Assembly (NCBI GenBank): GCA_004431415.1
Contig: QPMI01000249.1
Location: 25,079-89,078 of the forward strand
Reading direction: 5' to 3'
DNA length: 64,000 bases
DNA from: Cyanophora paradoxa CCMP329
Lineage: Eukaryota; Plantae; Glaucophyta
Part shown: piece after piece, positions 1-12,900 of the stretch
Numbering within the stretch: the first letter of the stretch is position 1
Layout of the letters: each line of letters starts with the position of its first letter
Translations under genes and position numbers: made by a program
The notes under the pieces: model-generated
Seen by the model: only the letters and a program-made list of their open reading frames with translations
What the model was told of the DNA's origin: nothing
Databases searched by the model: none

Positions 1-1270
1 GGCGGCGGGTACGTTGAGCACTGCACATCGTCCCGCCCCTGCATCTGCCGCCGAGGGTGAGGGAGGGAGGCGGGGACGAAAGGACGGCGCCCGCCCGAGC
101 TCGAACCTTGGGTGCGACGGACGCGGCGGCGGGCACCGGGGCGGCGTCGAAGCGGCGGGCGACGTTGAGTATGGCGAACTTGCGGAGCTGGAGGCCGATG
201 TCGGGCGCCGACCCGAAAGCCCGCACCGCGTGCCGCAGCGGCGCGCGCGGCTGCACCGCCCTCTGCGCCCGCGGCTCTTCCGCCGCCGGGAGGACCGCGG
301 CCTCCGGAACGGTTCCCTTGAGCGCCGCCGTAAGGGCGGAGCGGCGGGGCGCAGCGGCCGTGGCGCGGCTCTTCGGTTTCGGGGGGGTCGGCAGGCCCAG
401 CCAGCGGATTCCCGCCGCCGGCTCGATGTCTGAGAGCGAAGCAGTCAGAGAGCGGCTCGAGGAGCGACCCAAAAGGAGCTCACATTGCCAGGGCTTGATC
501 GAGACGCCCGAGTGAGGAGGCCGCGCGGGGGCGACGATGGCCTGCTTCAAGTTCTGCAAGAACATCGCGCATCTGCGGTTGGCGGGATGCACGGTCAGGA
601 GGGGCGGGTCTGCCAGGGGGCGGGGCCCCGAAAGGGCAGCGGGCGGGTGAATTCGAAGGGGAACGCACGCCGGCCCGTCGGAGCTCTCGCTCGTCGTCCA
701 GCCTTTCGCCAGGCTGCGCAGCATGTCCTCGAAACGCTGCGGCGAGACGACGCTGCCGCCGCACGCGTCGGCCGCGAAATCCGTCTGCGTGACTCCGGTC
801 AATCACAACGAGGGACGGCGCCGGCCAGCGGGGCCCACCATAGCCACCGTCTGCGCATCCTCCGCGTTGAATTCAAACCTCAGGGCGCGGAAGAGGGCGC
901 TGCGGCAGCGGCGGTCAGGGCGGGCGAGGAGCGCTAGCGGGGGCGCGTGGGCTCGCACTTGTGCAGCGTGAGATAGCGGGACAAATCGAGAACATCGGTT
1001 CCGTTTGTCGCAGCAATCCACATCTGCGGGGAACGTGAGGCGCGCTCCCGATAGCGCAATATTTAATCCGCCCCTTCGTCTCGTACCTCAGCGATGAGGA
1101 AACTACAAGACGGCGAGCCGCACGCCTCGTCGGCGCCCCCGAGGTCCATCGGTGCAAGCTCATCGATGGGCTCGACGTGAACCGGCTTGCGCCTGGGAGA
1201 CCGCTGGACCTGTCCAGGGCCGCGCGCGACGAGCACCGTGCCGTCGAAGACCGCCAAAGGCGCCATGCTG
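1..1270 (-). CDS. Probable multi-exon gene of unknown function, running off the window start
   Basis: Minus-strand coding-like segments (MAPLAVFDGTVLVAR, MDLGGADEACGSPSCSFLIAE, RCRSALFRALRFEFNAEDAQ) separated by short intron-like spacers; no recognised domain. Confidence 0.3.
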
Positions 1271-3038
1271 GACGCTCCTCGTCGCTCTGGCTCTAGACTG
1301 CAGCGCGCTGTACGCGTAGGGGAGCTGCCTCGTCCGCTGCTGCTGCTGCGCAGCTGCGCTGGTCTGCGCGCGAGGCGCGCGGCTCCTCGAACAAGCACGA
1401 CCTTGGAATCAACTTTGTACCCGCCACGCGCTGGCTAGCGCCGTTTCGATGCATCTTTGAATCGGTCCCGTGGTCACGCCGTCAATAGAGGCTCGACTCA
1501 CGCAGCAGTCACGCAGACTCACGCGACTCACGCTCGCGGATAAGGCAGTTAGCCGCTCGAGTCTCGAGTTTGAAACGTCAAAAAAAGTTTAAAAAACGTT
1601 ACCCTAAACGCTTCAGACCCGGCAACTTACGGCGGCAAGCCAAATTATTGAGCCGAATGGCTAAGATGCACTCTACCCCCGCGCCGCCTTTTCCCCCTGG
1701 CCTTCTTGGGGTACGGATACGTACGATGGGTTGGCCGAACGCGAGCCGCAGCGCCGCGCTCGCGCTGCGGCGTCTGCCTTCGGACCTGCATTTCCCGATC
1801 AGGTTCGCTTCCCCGCACGCGCACCCTCGATCACGCGGTTGAGCGCTCGATTAGCGGCGGCGGCCGAGTTGAAGCGAGCCTCGGAGTGCGTTAGTAATAT
1901 TTCAGCTATCGATGTTGCGATTGCGATGTTGATCGCCGATGTTGCGATTACGATGTTGCGATTAGACTTGGTCGCCTCCCGCAGCGATTGCGATTTCAGG
2001 GCTTGTGCCGATTACGCTGCGGCGCTGCGATTACGATCGCGCCTAATATTTCAAGCTTAAGGTTTAGCCTGCAGCTGCGATTACAAATTCATCGGGGGGG
2101 GGCGGCCGGGGTGACCCCCGAGGTCGCCCCGCAACCCGGCGAGCCCGGCGGCGGCCGCCGTCGGAACTCCCGCTCCCTGCAGTGCGCGCCGGCCTGCCTG
2201 CGCGCCATCTCGGGGGCGGGCGGTGCGCTTCGCGGCCCGGGCCTTCTAATCTGACTGCCGCCCTCTGCAGGCGCCAGGAGGGTGAGGCCGCCGCTGGCGT
2301 GGGCCCGGGCGCCGCCCCGCGCACAGACGTCGCCGTGCGGGACCTCGCGGAGAGCCTCGCAGCCGTCGGCATCAGCGGCGGGCAGCCGTGCGCCGTTCCC
2401 GCCCCTTCCTCCCCCCTCTCCGTCTCACCCTCTCCCGGGGGGCCACCGTACCCAGGCGCGGGCCCGGCGGGGCGGACGACGATTCTAAATGTAAAACTGA
2501 GTCAAGGGGGCGGCAATGGGCCGCAAATAATCGTCCGTCTCCGGCCCAGGGGGCCAATTTAAGGTCAAGCTTCGAGCCGGCGGCTCATGATCAGGGAGAT
2601 GAGGAATTGGTTTGTTCATTGGATGTCTTTCCACAGCGGGCTCTCGCCCAGGTGCCATGCAAGCCCCGCGAGAGCACGCCGCAGATGCGAACGCGAAAGA
2701 GCAGCGCGGGGCGACGTGGCGCGCAGGCATGCGCAGCGCACGCGTACGGCCCCCTCCGGTGTGCCCCCCGGCCAACCGCGACGCGGTCGCGATCGAGTGA
2801 CCCAGCCAATTGCAAGTGCGAGCCGCGCAGAGCTCCACCCAGGCGAGCACCCCTTAGGCTCTCGCAGTGGTGAAGTACAGGCAATCGGATCCCCAAGCTG
2901 CGGCGCAGGCCGCCGGCCTCGTCGTCGTAGTTTGGGCAGGATAGGGGGACCGCGTACCCCCCTTCAGCGGGCCCTGCCTGCGTTGCCCGCAGGCTTGTCG
3001 CCCCCGTAGGTAGCACAGACCCAGCTCAAGCTCCTGCG

Positions 3039-4845
3039 ATGTCCGCAGCTAGCATGCCTGTGTTATCAATGCGCTCATGGAGGCTCTGGGTGCAGCGCCG
3101 CCCACGCGGCCGCGGAGGGCCTGATCGTGCTGTGCGCGACGCAGTGGGCCCAAGATGCGCGCTCCAGGCTGCGCAACGATCCGTTCCTTTGACGTGCGTC
3201 GCTTGGGCGCGAACGCCTGAACATGCCTCAACGGGCTCAGGTCGCCGCTGCTCGAGGCGCTCGCAGCCGCCCGGTCGGCGGCTGCGAACGCGCTGAGACG
3301 TAGCTACAGCTCATCGGCAGCCGTCCCGGCTGCCCCTGCTCCCTTAGAAGCGCAGTGCGCGTCCGGCCGCGGGTGTTTGCGTCCTCCGCCCCGCCTGATC
3401 GACACCCGCGCGGGCGTCCCGCCCAGGGACGTGGCGGAGCGGCTGTCGAAGCTGCCGGTGGCGGTGCTGCGGGGCGAGGACGAGGCGGAAGGGAGCGTGA
3501 CGGAGTACCTCATCCTCGGGGTCGAGCACGGCGACCGAGGGCGCGCATGCGCTCGCGCTTGGCCTTCTCCTCCCGCGCGCCCAAACGCGACCGCGCAGCT
3601 CGATGGACGGCGTGCGAAGCGCCGTGCGGCTCTTCCAGCCGGACGCGGTGGGGGCCCCTTCCGCAGCGAGCCCGGCTGAGGCTGAGGCGGGGGCGCCTTC
3701 AGGTGGTTCTGGAGCACTGCCCCTTCTCGCTGAAGTCGGAGCTTCCGGACGCCCTCAAGGAAATCCCCGACTTCGAGGCCGCCGCCGCCGTCCAGGCCCG
3801 CCCCGCCCCGCCCCGCCCCGCCCCGCCCCGCCCCGCCCCGCGCCTTCTGAGGGGATGTCAACAGGAGGCCGCGCTGCTCCCCGGGGAGTGCCGCTTCGTC
3901 CTCGCAGACCGGCTCTGCGTCCTGACCGAGTGGCGCATCCTCGCCGCCCTCGGATTCGACCCCGCGCCGGCCGCCCGCGAGCACCTCGCCGCCGTCCCCT
4001 GGGCCGGCGTGCACACCCTGTGCGCAGCCTTTCCCCCCTGGCCGCTCTCCTCTGCATCCGTCTTCTCGCTGAGGGCGGGGGCAGGGTGTTCGACATGGAG
4101 GACGATCCCTTCCAGGAGCTGCGGGCGGACCTCGAGGAGGGGCCCGCCGCCGACGCCTTCGACCGCGCCCTCATCCACGCGCGCCCGCCCCGCGCCCCCG
4201 CCCCGCCCCGCGCGGCCCTGACGCGGCGCACAGGAGCGGGACGACGTGCTGGCGTGGTCGCTGCTCTCGCACCCGCGCCTGCGGGGCGCCCGCCGCGTCC
4301 TCGCCCTCTTCGGCGACGGCCACCTCGCCGCGCGCCCCGCCCCCGCCCCCCGCGGCCCTCCCCCGCCTCACGCGGCCTCCGCAGGGCGTCAACGAGCGGA
4401 TGCAGGCGGGGGAGGTGGTGCTGACGGACCACCTGGCGCCCCCGCCCTCGCTGTACGGCCCGGCGGCGCGAGCGCTCTTCGTGGAGCACGGGGCGGACCC
4501 GCCGGACGCGACCCCGGCCTTCCAGCCGGCCGCCGTCGCCGCCTGGCTCGCCGAGGCCGAGACCGCCTCCTACACCCTCCTCGACCGCCTCCGCGGCGAG
4601 ATCCTGGCGCGCGCGCCCTCCCGCCCGAGCCCATGCGACGCCGCCCCTCCCGTCTGACTCGCCCGCGCGCGCCGGGCAGAGGCGGGTGCTCGAGGGCCGC
4701 CTCGTGCCCCCGCGACCCGCGAGGCCCCTCCCCCGCCCTCCGCCTCGCCCACGCCCCCGCCGCCGCCGCCGCCCGCCGCCCTCGCCGGCCCCTCTTCCTC
4801 CCCCGCTCCCAGGGCCCCGCCCCCCGCGCCCCGCCCCCCGCGTAG
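3039..4845 (+). CDS. TraB/PrgY-family (TRABD-like) protein, multi-exon
   Basis: Spliced exons give YLILGVEHG...VVLEHC...ERDDVLAWSLL...RVLALFGDGHLA|GV, matching the TraB motifs (GTxH, VxVELC, ERD, VVGxGH); ends approximate. Confidence 0.6.
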
Positions 4846-4930
4846 CCTCCCTGTGCCGTCTCTCCAGTTCTCAACCTGCCCATAGCTTCTCGCCGTCTAC
4901 CTCTTCCTCCCCTAAGAGCCGCCGCCGCGG

Positions 4931-7900
4931 CTAGGGGCCCGCCAGGAGGTCTCTTCCTCCCCGGGGCCCGGCTGAGGGCTCGCTGTGGCGGGGCCCCCGG
5001 AGCGCCCCGAGCGGGCGGAGCGGCCCGAGGGGTTCGCGCCCCCGCCCTTGAGCTCCTCCAGCTCCGACCTCGCCTGCTCCATGATCTGCACAAGGCAAAG
5101 CGTCAGGCTTGAGCTTGACTGCGTCGAGCGGCGACGAGGACGCACGCGGACGGACTCGGTGGCGACGCGCTCGGCGACCTGCCGCTGCGTGGCCTCGTCC
5201 CTCAGGCGCTGCTCGAGGTGGAGGCGGTGCGCGGCCTCCTCGCGGAGGCGCTGCTCGAGGTCGAGGGCCCGCGCCTCCACCGACGTCCGCTCCAGCGCCG
5301 CCCCCTGCAGCCTGCGCCGCCTGAGCCAGCGAGGCCGAGCTCCCCACGCATCCCCGCGCACTGCTCCAGGAGCTGCTTGCGCTGCAGCTCCGTGCTCCGC
5401 GCCGCCATGTCCGCCCGCGCGTTCGCCTCCGCCACCCGCGCCAGCAGCTCGTCCCGCTCCGACCGCACGCCCCCGACCTGAACGCGGGGCGTCCGTCGCG
5501 CACGGCCCCCGGGCCCAGAGAGGCGCTGGGCGCACGCTCTGGGCGACGGCGGCGGCGCTCTCCTCGAGGGCGGAGCGGGCGCGGCGCTCGGCCTCCCACT
5601 GCTCGCGGGCCGCCGCCAGCGCCGCCTGCAGCTGCTCCGCCTGCTCCTGCGCCGCCGCCGCGCGCTTCGCCCCCGCGATGCGCTCCTGCGAGAGGCTCGC
5701 CTCCGCGACCCGCAGCGCCTCCTCCAGCCCCGCCGCCCGCTCCGCCGCCTCGCGCTGGGCGGCGCGCGCCTCCGCCAGCGCCCCCCGCTCCCCCTCCAGC
5801 TGCTCCCGCGCCGCGTACAGCTGCCGCCCCGCCCCGTCAGAGAAAGACAGAAAGAGAGGGAGGGGAGGAGGGGGGGGGGGGGGGAGGGGGGAGGGGGCGG
5901 AGCCGGCGCACGGCGGCGGACTCCTGCTCGGCGGCGGCGGCGGCGAGGTCGCGCTCGGCGGCGACGGCCTCGAGCTCGCGCTGCAGCTCCGCGCGCTCGC
6001 GCTGCAGCGCCCGCTCGCGCTCCTCGGCCTCGGCGAGCCGCTGCTGGCGCCGGCGACGCGCCCCTTCTCCCGCTCCGTCTGCGCCGCCACCTGCAGCGCC
6101 TCGCCCGCGCCGCCGCCAGCGCCGCCTCCCGCTCCGACGCCGCCTCCGCCAGCTGCTGCTCCAGCGCGCGGCACTGCGGCGAGGTTCAGGCGGGGGCGGG
6201 GCGCTCGGGCGGGCGCCCCGCGCGCCTTCTCCTCCCAGGCCGAGACGGCGGAGCGGAGGTCGTCCCGGGCCCGCCCCGCCTCCTCGAGCCGCCCCCGGCC
6301 CGCGCCAGCTCGCCCTCGAGCGCCTCGAGCTCGGCGAGGCGCTCGCGCAGCGCGGCCGCCTCGTCGGCGCGGCGCTGCGCGTCGGCGCGGGCGGCGCGCA
6401 GCTCGCCCCGCACGACGGCGACGGCGTCCTCGACGCGCTTGTCGGCCGTCTCCGCCGCCCGCCGCGCCCGCACCTCCATGCGCCGGCACGCCTCCAGCTG
6501 CCCGCGAGCTCGAGCGCCTCCCGCCGGGCCGCCTCGACCTGCCCCGCCGCCGCCTCCGCCCGCCGCGCCTCCGCGTACTTCTCCCGCTCCAGCGTCTCCA
6601 GGCGCCGCCGCAGCTGCCCCGCCGCCGCCTCGGCCTCCGCGGCGCGGGCCTCGGCCTCGGCGGCGCGCGCCTCGGCGGCCTCGCGGCGGGCCGCCTCCTC
6701 GGCCGCCTGCTCCCGCACGGTCGCCAGGTACCGGTTCTCCATCTCCCGCACCGCGAGCTGCCGGCCCCGTCGGGCGGCGTCGGGCAAGGCGGGGGGCACC
6801 AGGCACCAGCTCGCGCGTCTGCGCGTCCGAGGCCGTCGCCAGGCGCTCGATCACCGCCTGCTTCGCCATCGAGTCGTACCCCGCCTCCTGCCCGCCCCCG
6901 GCCCCCGCTCAGGCGCGGCGCGCGGGCGCACGGAGCGGGGCGCGGGCGCGCGCACCCGCTGCTGCCGCTCCAGCGCAGCCTCGAGGGAGCGCACCCGCGC
7001 CGCCAGCCTGCCGCACAGTGAGGGGCAAGGAGCGAAGAGGGAGGGACCCGCGAGCACCGGTTCTGGGCGCCCTTGACGAGAAGCACGCCGCCGTCGTAGG
7101 CGGCGCGCATCCGCCGCAGCGCCCCCGTCGCCGCCTGCACCACTGCACCCAGAGAGGAGCTGAGCAGAGGAGGAGAGGAAGAAGGGGAGGGGGGCGGGCC
7201 CTTGGTGAAGTCGGCGCCGAGGCGGGCCTTGAGGGTGTGCTCCGCGAGCTGCACGACGAGGCCCCAGGCGCGCAGCAGGGCCTCCAGGCGGGCGCCCTCG
7301 GGCCCCGAGGCCGCCCCCGCCCCCGCCCCGGGCTCGAGGACGCTGGTGAGGACGCCGTGGACGCCGGCGCCGTAGAGGTAGAGGGTCCGGTAGAGGCGGT
7401 CGGCCCCCGCGGCGGGCACGCCGATCGCCCGCAGTGCCTCGCGGGAGAGGCCCTCCCGCGCCAGCGACGTCCCCAGCGCCGAGGCGAGGGCCCCCTCCAG
7501 CCACGCCTCCACCCGCTCCCCCTCCTCCCGGCCCCCGCCCCCCCGCCCCGCCCCCTGCGGACCCACCGGCGGCAGCCCGTCCGCGCTGCGGTTGAGGCGC
7601 CCGGCCGGGGTGGCGGCCTCGATGTGGGGGGCGGAGGCGGAGGCGCGGAGGAGGGCGGGGGCGGCGGCGGGGCCCGAGGCGGGGCGGAGGTCGGGGAGGG
7701 AAGAGCGCAGGGAGCCGTGGAGAGAGCCGGGGACGGGGTACGCGGGGCCCGTGTCCTCGCCCTCCCCTTCCCAGCCCGCCTCGCCTTCGTCGGGGCCGGG
7801 GAAGGGCAGGGGCGAGGGAGCGCCGGGGCCGTGGGGGTGGGCGGGGCCGAGGGCGGGGCCTGGAGGGCGGCCACGGCGCCCTCGAGCTCGGCGACGGCGT

Positions 7901-8118
7901 CCCCGAGCTCAGCCAGGACCGCCTGCGCCGCCGCAGCGTCCCGCGGCGCCTTCACCCCCGCCGGCACCTTCTTCTTCCGCTGCCCCGGCGAGCGCGCGAC
8001 CTGGGACCTGCCGCCGGCGGCGCGGCGCGGCGCGGCGCGCCGGCGTCGGTGGCAGATTGGGCAGCGGCGTCAGATTGTACCCACCGCTCGAGGGCGCTGA
8101 TGGAGCTGTGGAGGACAT
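4931..8118 (-). CDS. Large coiled-coil protein of unknown function, multi-exon
   Basis: Long E/R/A/L heptad-rich exons (QLYAAREQLEGERGALAEARAAQRE; LDLEQRLREEAAHRLHLEQRLRDE) and a globular segment LSREALRAIGVPAAGADRLYRTLYLYG; short GY-AG introns. Confidence 0.55.
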
Positions 8119-8652
8119 CGCTGTACCGAAGGATGCTCGACTCGAGCTCCGGGTTCCCGGTGTAGCGCTGGCGCACAGTTAAAGTTAGCTACGACGCAGA
8201 AAGAGGCCCATTGTGGGCTAGCGCCGATGAGGCCGAGCTGGCTCCGATGAGCCAGCGCCGGCGGTCCAGGACTGACCTGTGGCGTAGCTACCAGGGACGC
8301 TCTGTACATCGCAAACTACCACGGGTGCATGGGGCTCGCAGGCGAGCGTCGCCAGGCGGCGGTTTGGGGCTGCCGACTCTAGATATGCTGCTTACGCTTG
8401 CTGCCGGCTCTAGATATGCTGCTGGGGGTCTAGAGAGTGTGCTCGAGGCGGCCTGCGTTGTCTTGGATCTGTTGGGCCAACTTGGTCTAGACGGGTACGC
8501 GAACTCAGAGCGCATCCCTTCTTTTCGCAGCGCAGGCAGAGGCAGAGCACATCCCGGTGTCATACGTAAGCTCCCAATGCACAGGCGAGGCAGAGCACCG
8601 GAGCGCTAAGGCCCCCGTGCAGGACTCGCGTTGTTCCTGCAGGAGCGTCGAG

Positions 8653-9549
8653 ATGGATACGCTTAGCTCCGAGATATGGCGCGAGACACTCAAGAAAGAG
8701 ATGAAGGCCAAAGAAGGTGGGTGCCAAGGTCGCAGGCGCTGGCGGCTGTTTAGCGCGGAGCGAGGAGTTCTGGGACTGCAGCTGTCTCTGGGGGGCTTCT
8801 AGGTTAGGCGGCGGCGCCCGCGCCAGGCGGCAACCGAACAACCGCAGAAGCGCTTCGCGTGCGAGGATGACCGCTGACGCTGGGTCGCCGCAGCGTGGGT
8901 GCAGAAGTATAAGCCGGGGCTTGCGAGTGCGGAGCAAACAGCGCTGCACCCGGAGATGATGCAGAAGGCCTTGGTGCGTTAGCCGCACACCCCCACGCGC
9001 CACGCCACGCCACGCCGCCGCGCGCCTCCCTCACGGCCCGCCCGCCCCGCAGGCCCCCGGAACCCCAGGCTCTAGAGTTGACCGGTACGCTTTCGTAGCC
9101 GCCCAGGGACCCGGGCCTTCGGGGCGCCGGATCACCGACCCCACCGGGCCGCGCTGCAGGTTGCTCGAGCTGAAAGAGCAGCTGAAGAAGATCGAGAAGG
9201 TGCCGCCGCGCCCCGCCATCCCCGCCCAATCGCCGCTCGGCGCCTGACGCCCGCCCGCCCCGCAGCTGGTGGAGGAGGAGGTGCCCCGTAGACCCCGCGG
9301 GCCTGCCCCGCCCCTCGCCGGCCCGCCTGACGCCCGCGGCAGCTCGGCGAGTCCCAGAAGGGCCTCAAGCCCCCTGGCACCTCCGGCGTGCGTCGTGACC
9401 CTCCCCGTTACCCCTCAGCCCCCTCCCCGCCGACGGGGGGGGCGCGGCAGTCTGTGCGCTCGCAGAAGAGCAACGCGAGCGCGCTCAGCAAGGCGAGCAG
9501 CACCGCGAAGCTGCACGGCTCGTCCAGCCTCGCGAAGCTCCACAAGTGA
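8653..9549 (+). CDS. Small multi-exon hypothetical protein
   Basis: Exons MDTLSSEIWRETLKKEMKAKE / AWVQKYKPG...MMQKAL / LLELKEQLKKIEK / ...SSLAKLHK* joined by GY-AG introns. Confidence 0.45.
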
Positions 9550-9907
9550 AGGCCCGATCAGCTCCGTTTGACGAAATTTCTTCTTAGAATAGGCGCGTAT
9601 AGGCTACAGCGCTAGCGTGAAGTTGTAGGGCCTCGGGAGACCGTACGCGTCGACGCCCCTCTCGCCGGCGCGTCCCGCATTAATATTGTCAGGTCCAATG
9701 CATCATTGTACTTTTAGAACGGTTCTGCGTCTGCGCCATTGCTGTCGGGTGGCTGCGTGGCGGCCGCTAAGCAATAAGCACGTGCGCCCGCCGGCCGCGC
9801 GTAGCTAGGGGGGAGGGGGATCCGGAGGGGAGGGGGTAGACCGGCTGATTGCTGCCGCTCAGCGCGCGGCTCATTCAAGCGCACAGAGCTGCGCGCTTGC
9901 GCTTGGC

Positions 9908-12900
9908 ATGCAGAGCCGCGCGAACGGGGGAGACCGGCAGGAGCGCAGGCTCTCCGTGCGGAGGCAGTCGCTCGGGGACGACGCGCAGCAGCAAGCGCTC
10001 TCCTCCCTCGAGGCCGCGATCGTTAACTCGCAGGTCGCTGCGCATTCCTTTGCGCACACGAGACCGAGACCGACGCGGGCGTTGCGTCCGCGCAGAGGCC
10101 GCTGCCGTCCGATTTCCTCGTCTCCGTAGTGAGCTAATCCGTTAAAAACAGAAATTATAAAGGCAGCGACTTACGTGCCCTAGTACAGACGACGCTGGGG
10201 CACGAGCCACTCGTCAGGATGGCTCTCGATGCCGGCACCAACCCCGACGCGCGGGACGCCGGCGGCCGCTCGGCGCTGGAAATGGCGATCCGGACGCGGC
10301 GAGCGGACCTCTGCGAGCTACTCCTCTCGCGCGGGGCCGACGCGCGCGCGCTCCTGCACGACGGCAGCGCGCCGCTCGCCGCCGCCTGCCTCCTCCTCTC
10401 GAACTCCGCGGCGGACGGGCCCGCGCACCGCTGCTTTCAGGCGCTCTTGGCGCACGGGGCGGACGCGGCGGCGCAGGGGACGGACGGGACGGCGGCGGTG
10501 CACGCGGCGGCGCTGCGGGGGCACGCCGGCGCGCTGCGGGAGCTGCTCCGGCGCGGGGCGCCCGCGGAGGCGCGGGACGGCCACGGCTGGACCGCGCTCA
10601 AGATCGCCGCCCGCCGCCTCCACGCCGACTGCCTCCGGCGCGCTGGCCCCGCCCCCCGCCGCGCCTCTCTCCTCTCATCCGCCGGTCGCCGCGGCGCGCA
10701 GGGCGCTGATTGAGGCGGGGGCGGACGCGGCGGCGCAGGACGACGAGGGATTCGTCGCCCTCCACAACGTCGCCGCCGAGCTCCCCGCCTGCGCCGCCGA
10801 TTCCGACCCCTCCCGTGCCCCGGCCCCGCACGCCCGCCCGCCCGCCCGCCCGCCGGCCCCGGCGACGCCGCCGGGGCCCCTCCGCAGCGGCCTTCGAGTG
10901 CCTGCGGCTGCTGGTGGAGCTCGGGCGCTCGCCTCTCGACGAGGCGACGCCGCCGGCGGCGCGGCGGCCCCGCCCCGGCGCCTCTGCCTCGCGCTCACTG
11001 CGCGGCGCATGCAGGGGACGACGGCGCTGATGAGCGCGGCGAGGCAGGGGAGCGTGCCCGGCGTGCGGCTGCTGCTGCGCGCCGGCGCCGACCCCGAGCG
11101 CCGGGACGCCGGCGGGTGGACCGCCCTCAAGATCGCCGCCGCCCGTGGCTCCCTCCCCGTCGTCCGGTCCGGCCCGCCCCTCCCCGCACCGCCCCGCCGG
11201 CCCCGCCGCCGGTCCCCGCCCGACGCGGGCGCGCATGCGCAGGGCGCTGCTGGATGCCGGGGCGACGCCGTGCGGAGAGGACGGGGAGGGGTTCCGCGCC
11301 CTCCACAACGCCTGCTGCCTGCTCGCGGCGGGGACGCCCCTGCCCGACGGCGGCGCAGGCGGCGCCGGGGCGGGGCCGGGGCCCGGGCGGAGACGGAGAG
11401 CGCGAGGCGGCGCGAGGCGGCGTGGGCGGCGGCGGCGGCGTGCGTGGCGGAGATGGCGATCGAGGACGCCGCCAAGGCCGCCGTGGCCGAGCTCGAGCGC
11501 GCCGCCCCCGCCGCCCCCGCCGCCGCCCCGCCGGCCCCCGCCCCGCACCCGCCCCAGCCGCCGCCCTCGCCCCGGCGGGCCAGCGGGGCGGGAGGCGAGG
11601 ACGCGCCGCTCGCCATCGTCCGCCTGCTCCTCTCGGCGTGCACGTGCCGCCACTGCGCCAACGCCCGCCTGCCCCGCGGGCCCGCCCCTCCGCCCCGCCC
11701 CGCCCCGCCCCGCGCCCCGCCGCTACGATCCGCCCAGCGCGCGCAGGACGACGCCGTTGATGCTGGCGGCGGGGCGGGGCCACGCGCCGGCCGTCTCGCT
11801 CCTGCTCCGCCACCGCGCCGACCCGGCCGCCCGCGACGAGGACGGCGACACGCCCCTCCTCCTTGCCCTCAAGGCCCGCCCCCGCCCCCGCGCCCTCTCG
11901 GCCCGGGCCGAGGTCCAGCTCGAGCAGGCGGGGGCCCCGCGGGACGCGGCGGTGCGCGACATCGCTCGGCTCCTCCTCTCGAGCCCCGTGCGTCCCCCGG
12001 CGCCTCTGCGGGCCTCGCGCTGCCCTCCGAGGGGCGGGGCGGGGGGGGCCAGGCAGGGCAGCGGGCGGGGCGGGGGGCCGGGGTGGACGCGCAGGACGCC
12101 CGCGGCTGGACGCCCCTCAAGCTCGCCGCCAAGAAGAACCTGCCCCTCGCCGCCCGGCCCGCCCCCGCCCCCTCCGCCCCGCCCTCCCGGCCTCGCTGAG
12201 GCGAGGGCGCCGCAGGGAGCTGCTGTGGGGCCACGGGGCGGACCCCGCCCTCGCCGACTGCGAGGGCTTCCTGCCCCTCCACAACGCCGCCGGCAACCTC
12301 CGCCCCTGCGCCCAGCTACTCCCCGCCTCCGGCCCCGCCCTGCAGGCCCGGGCGGCGGCGGCGGGGGCGGAGGGCGAGGGCGGTGAGGCGGCGTGGGCGA
12401 TCGTTCGAGACCTGATCGAGGCGGGGAGTCCCATCGACACTCCGGCGGTCCGCCCGGGCCCGGGGCTCGCCTCCGCGGCCGGCCGAGTCCGACGGGGCGG
12501 GCAGGGCGCGGAGACGGGGAGCTGGCCCCACGCGACGCCCCTCATCATGGCCGCCTCCCGCTGTGCGCCGCCCGCCTCACATCCCGGCACCCACCGCCTC
12601 GCACCCTCCCTGAGTCGCGGGCCGGACTGCAGCGCACGCCCCCGCCGTGGCGCTCCTCCTCGCCCGCGGCGCCAGCGTCCGCGCGGTGCCTGCAGCTTGA
12701 GCTTGAGCTTCCGGGCCCGGCCGGCGCCTCTTGCCTCTGAGGCGGGGGCGCAGGCGGACGCGGACGGGGACACGGCGCTGCACGGGGCGTGCGCGGGGAG
12801 CTCCTCGGCGGCCCTCGCCTCCCCGGCCCAGGCCCGCGCCGCCGAGCTCCTCCTCGCCGCCGGCGCCGACCCCGCCCTCCCCAACACGCAGTGCGCCCCG

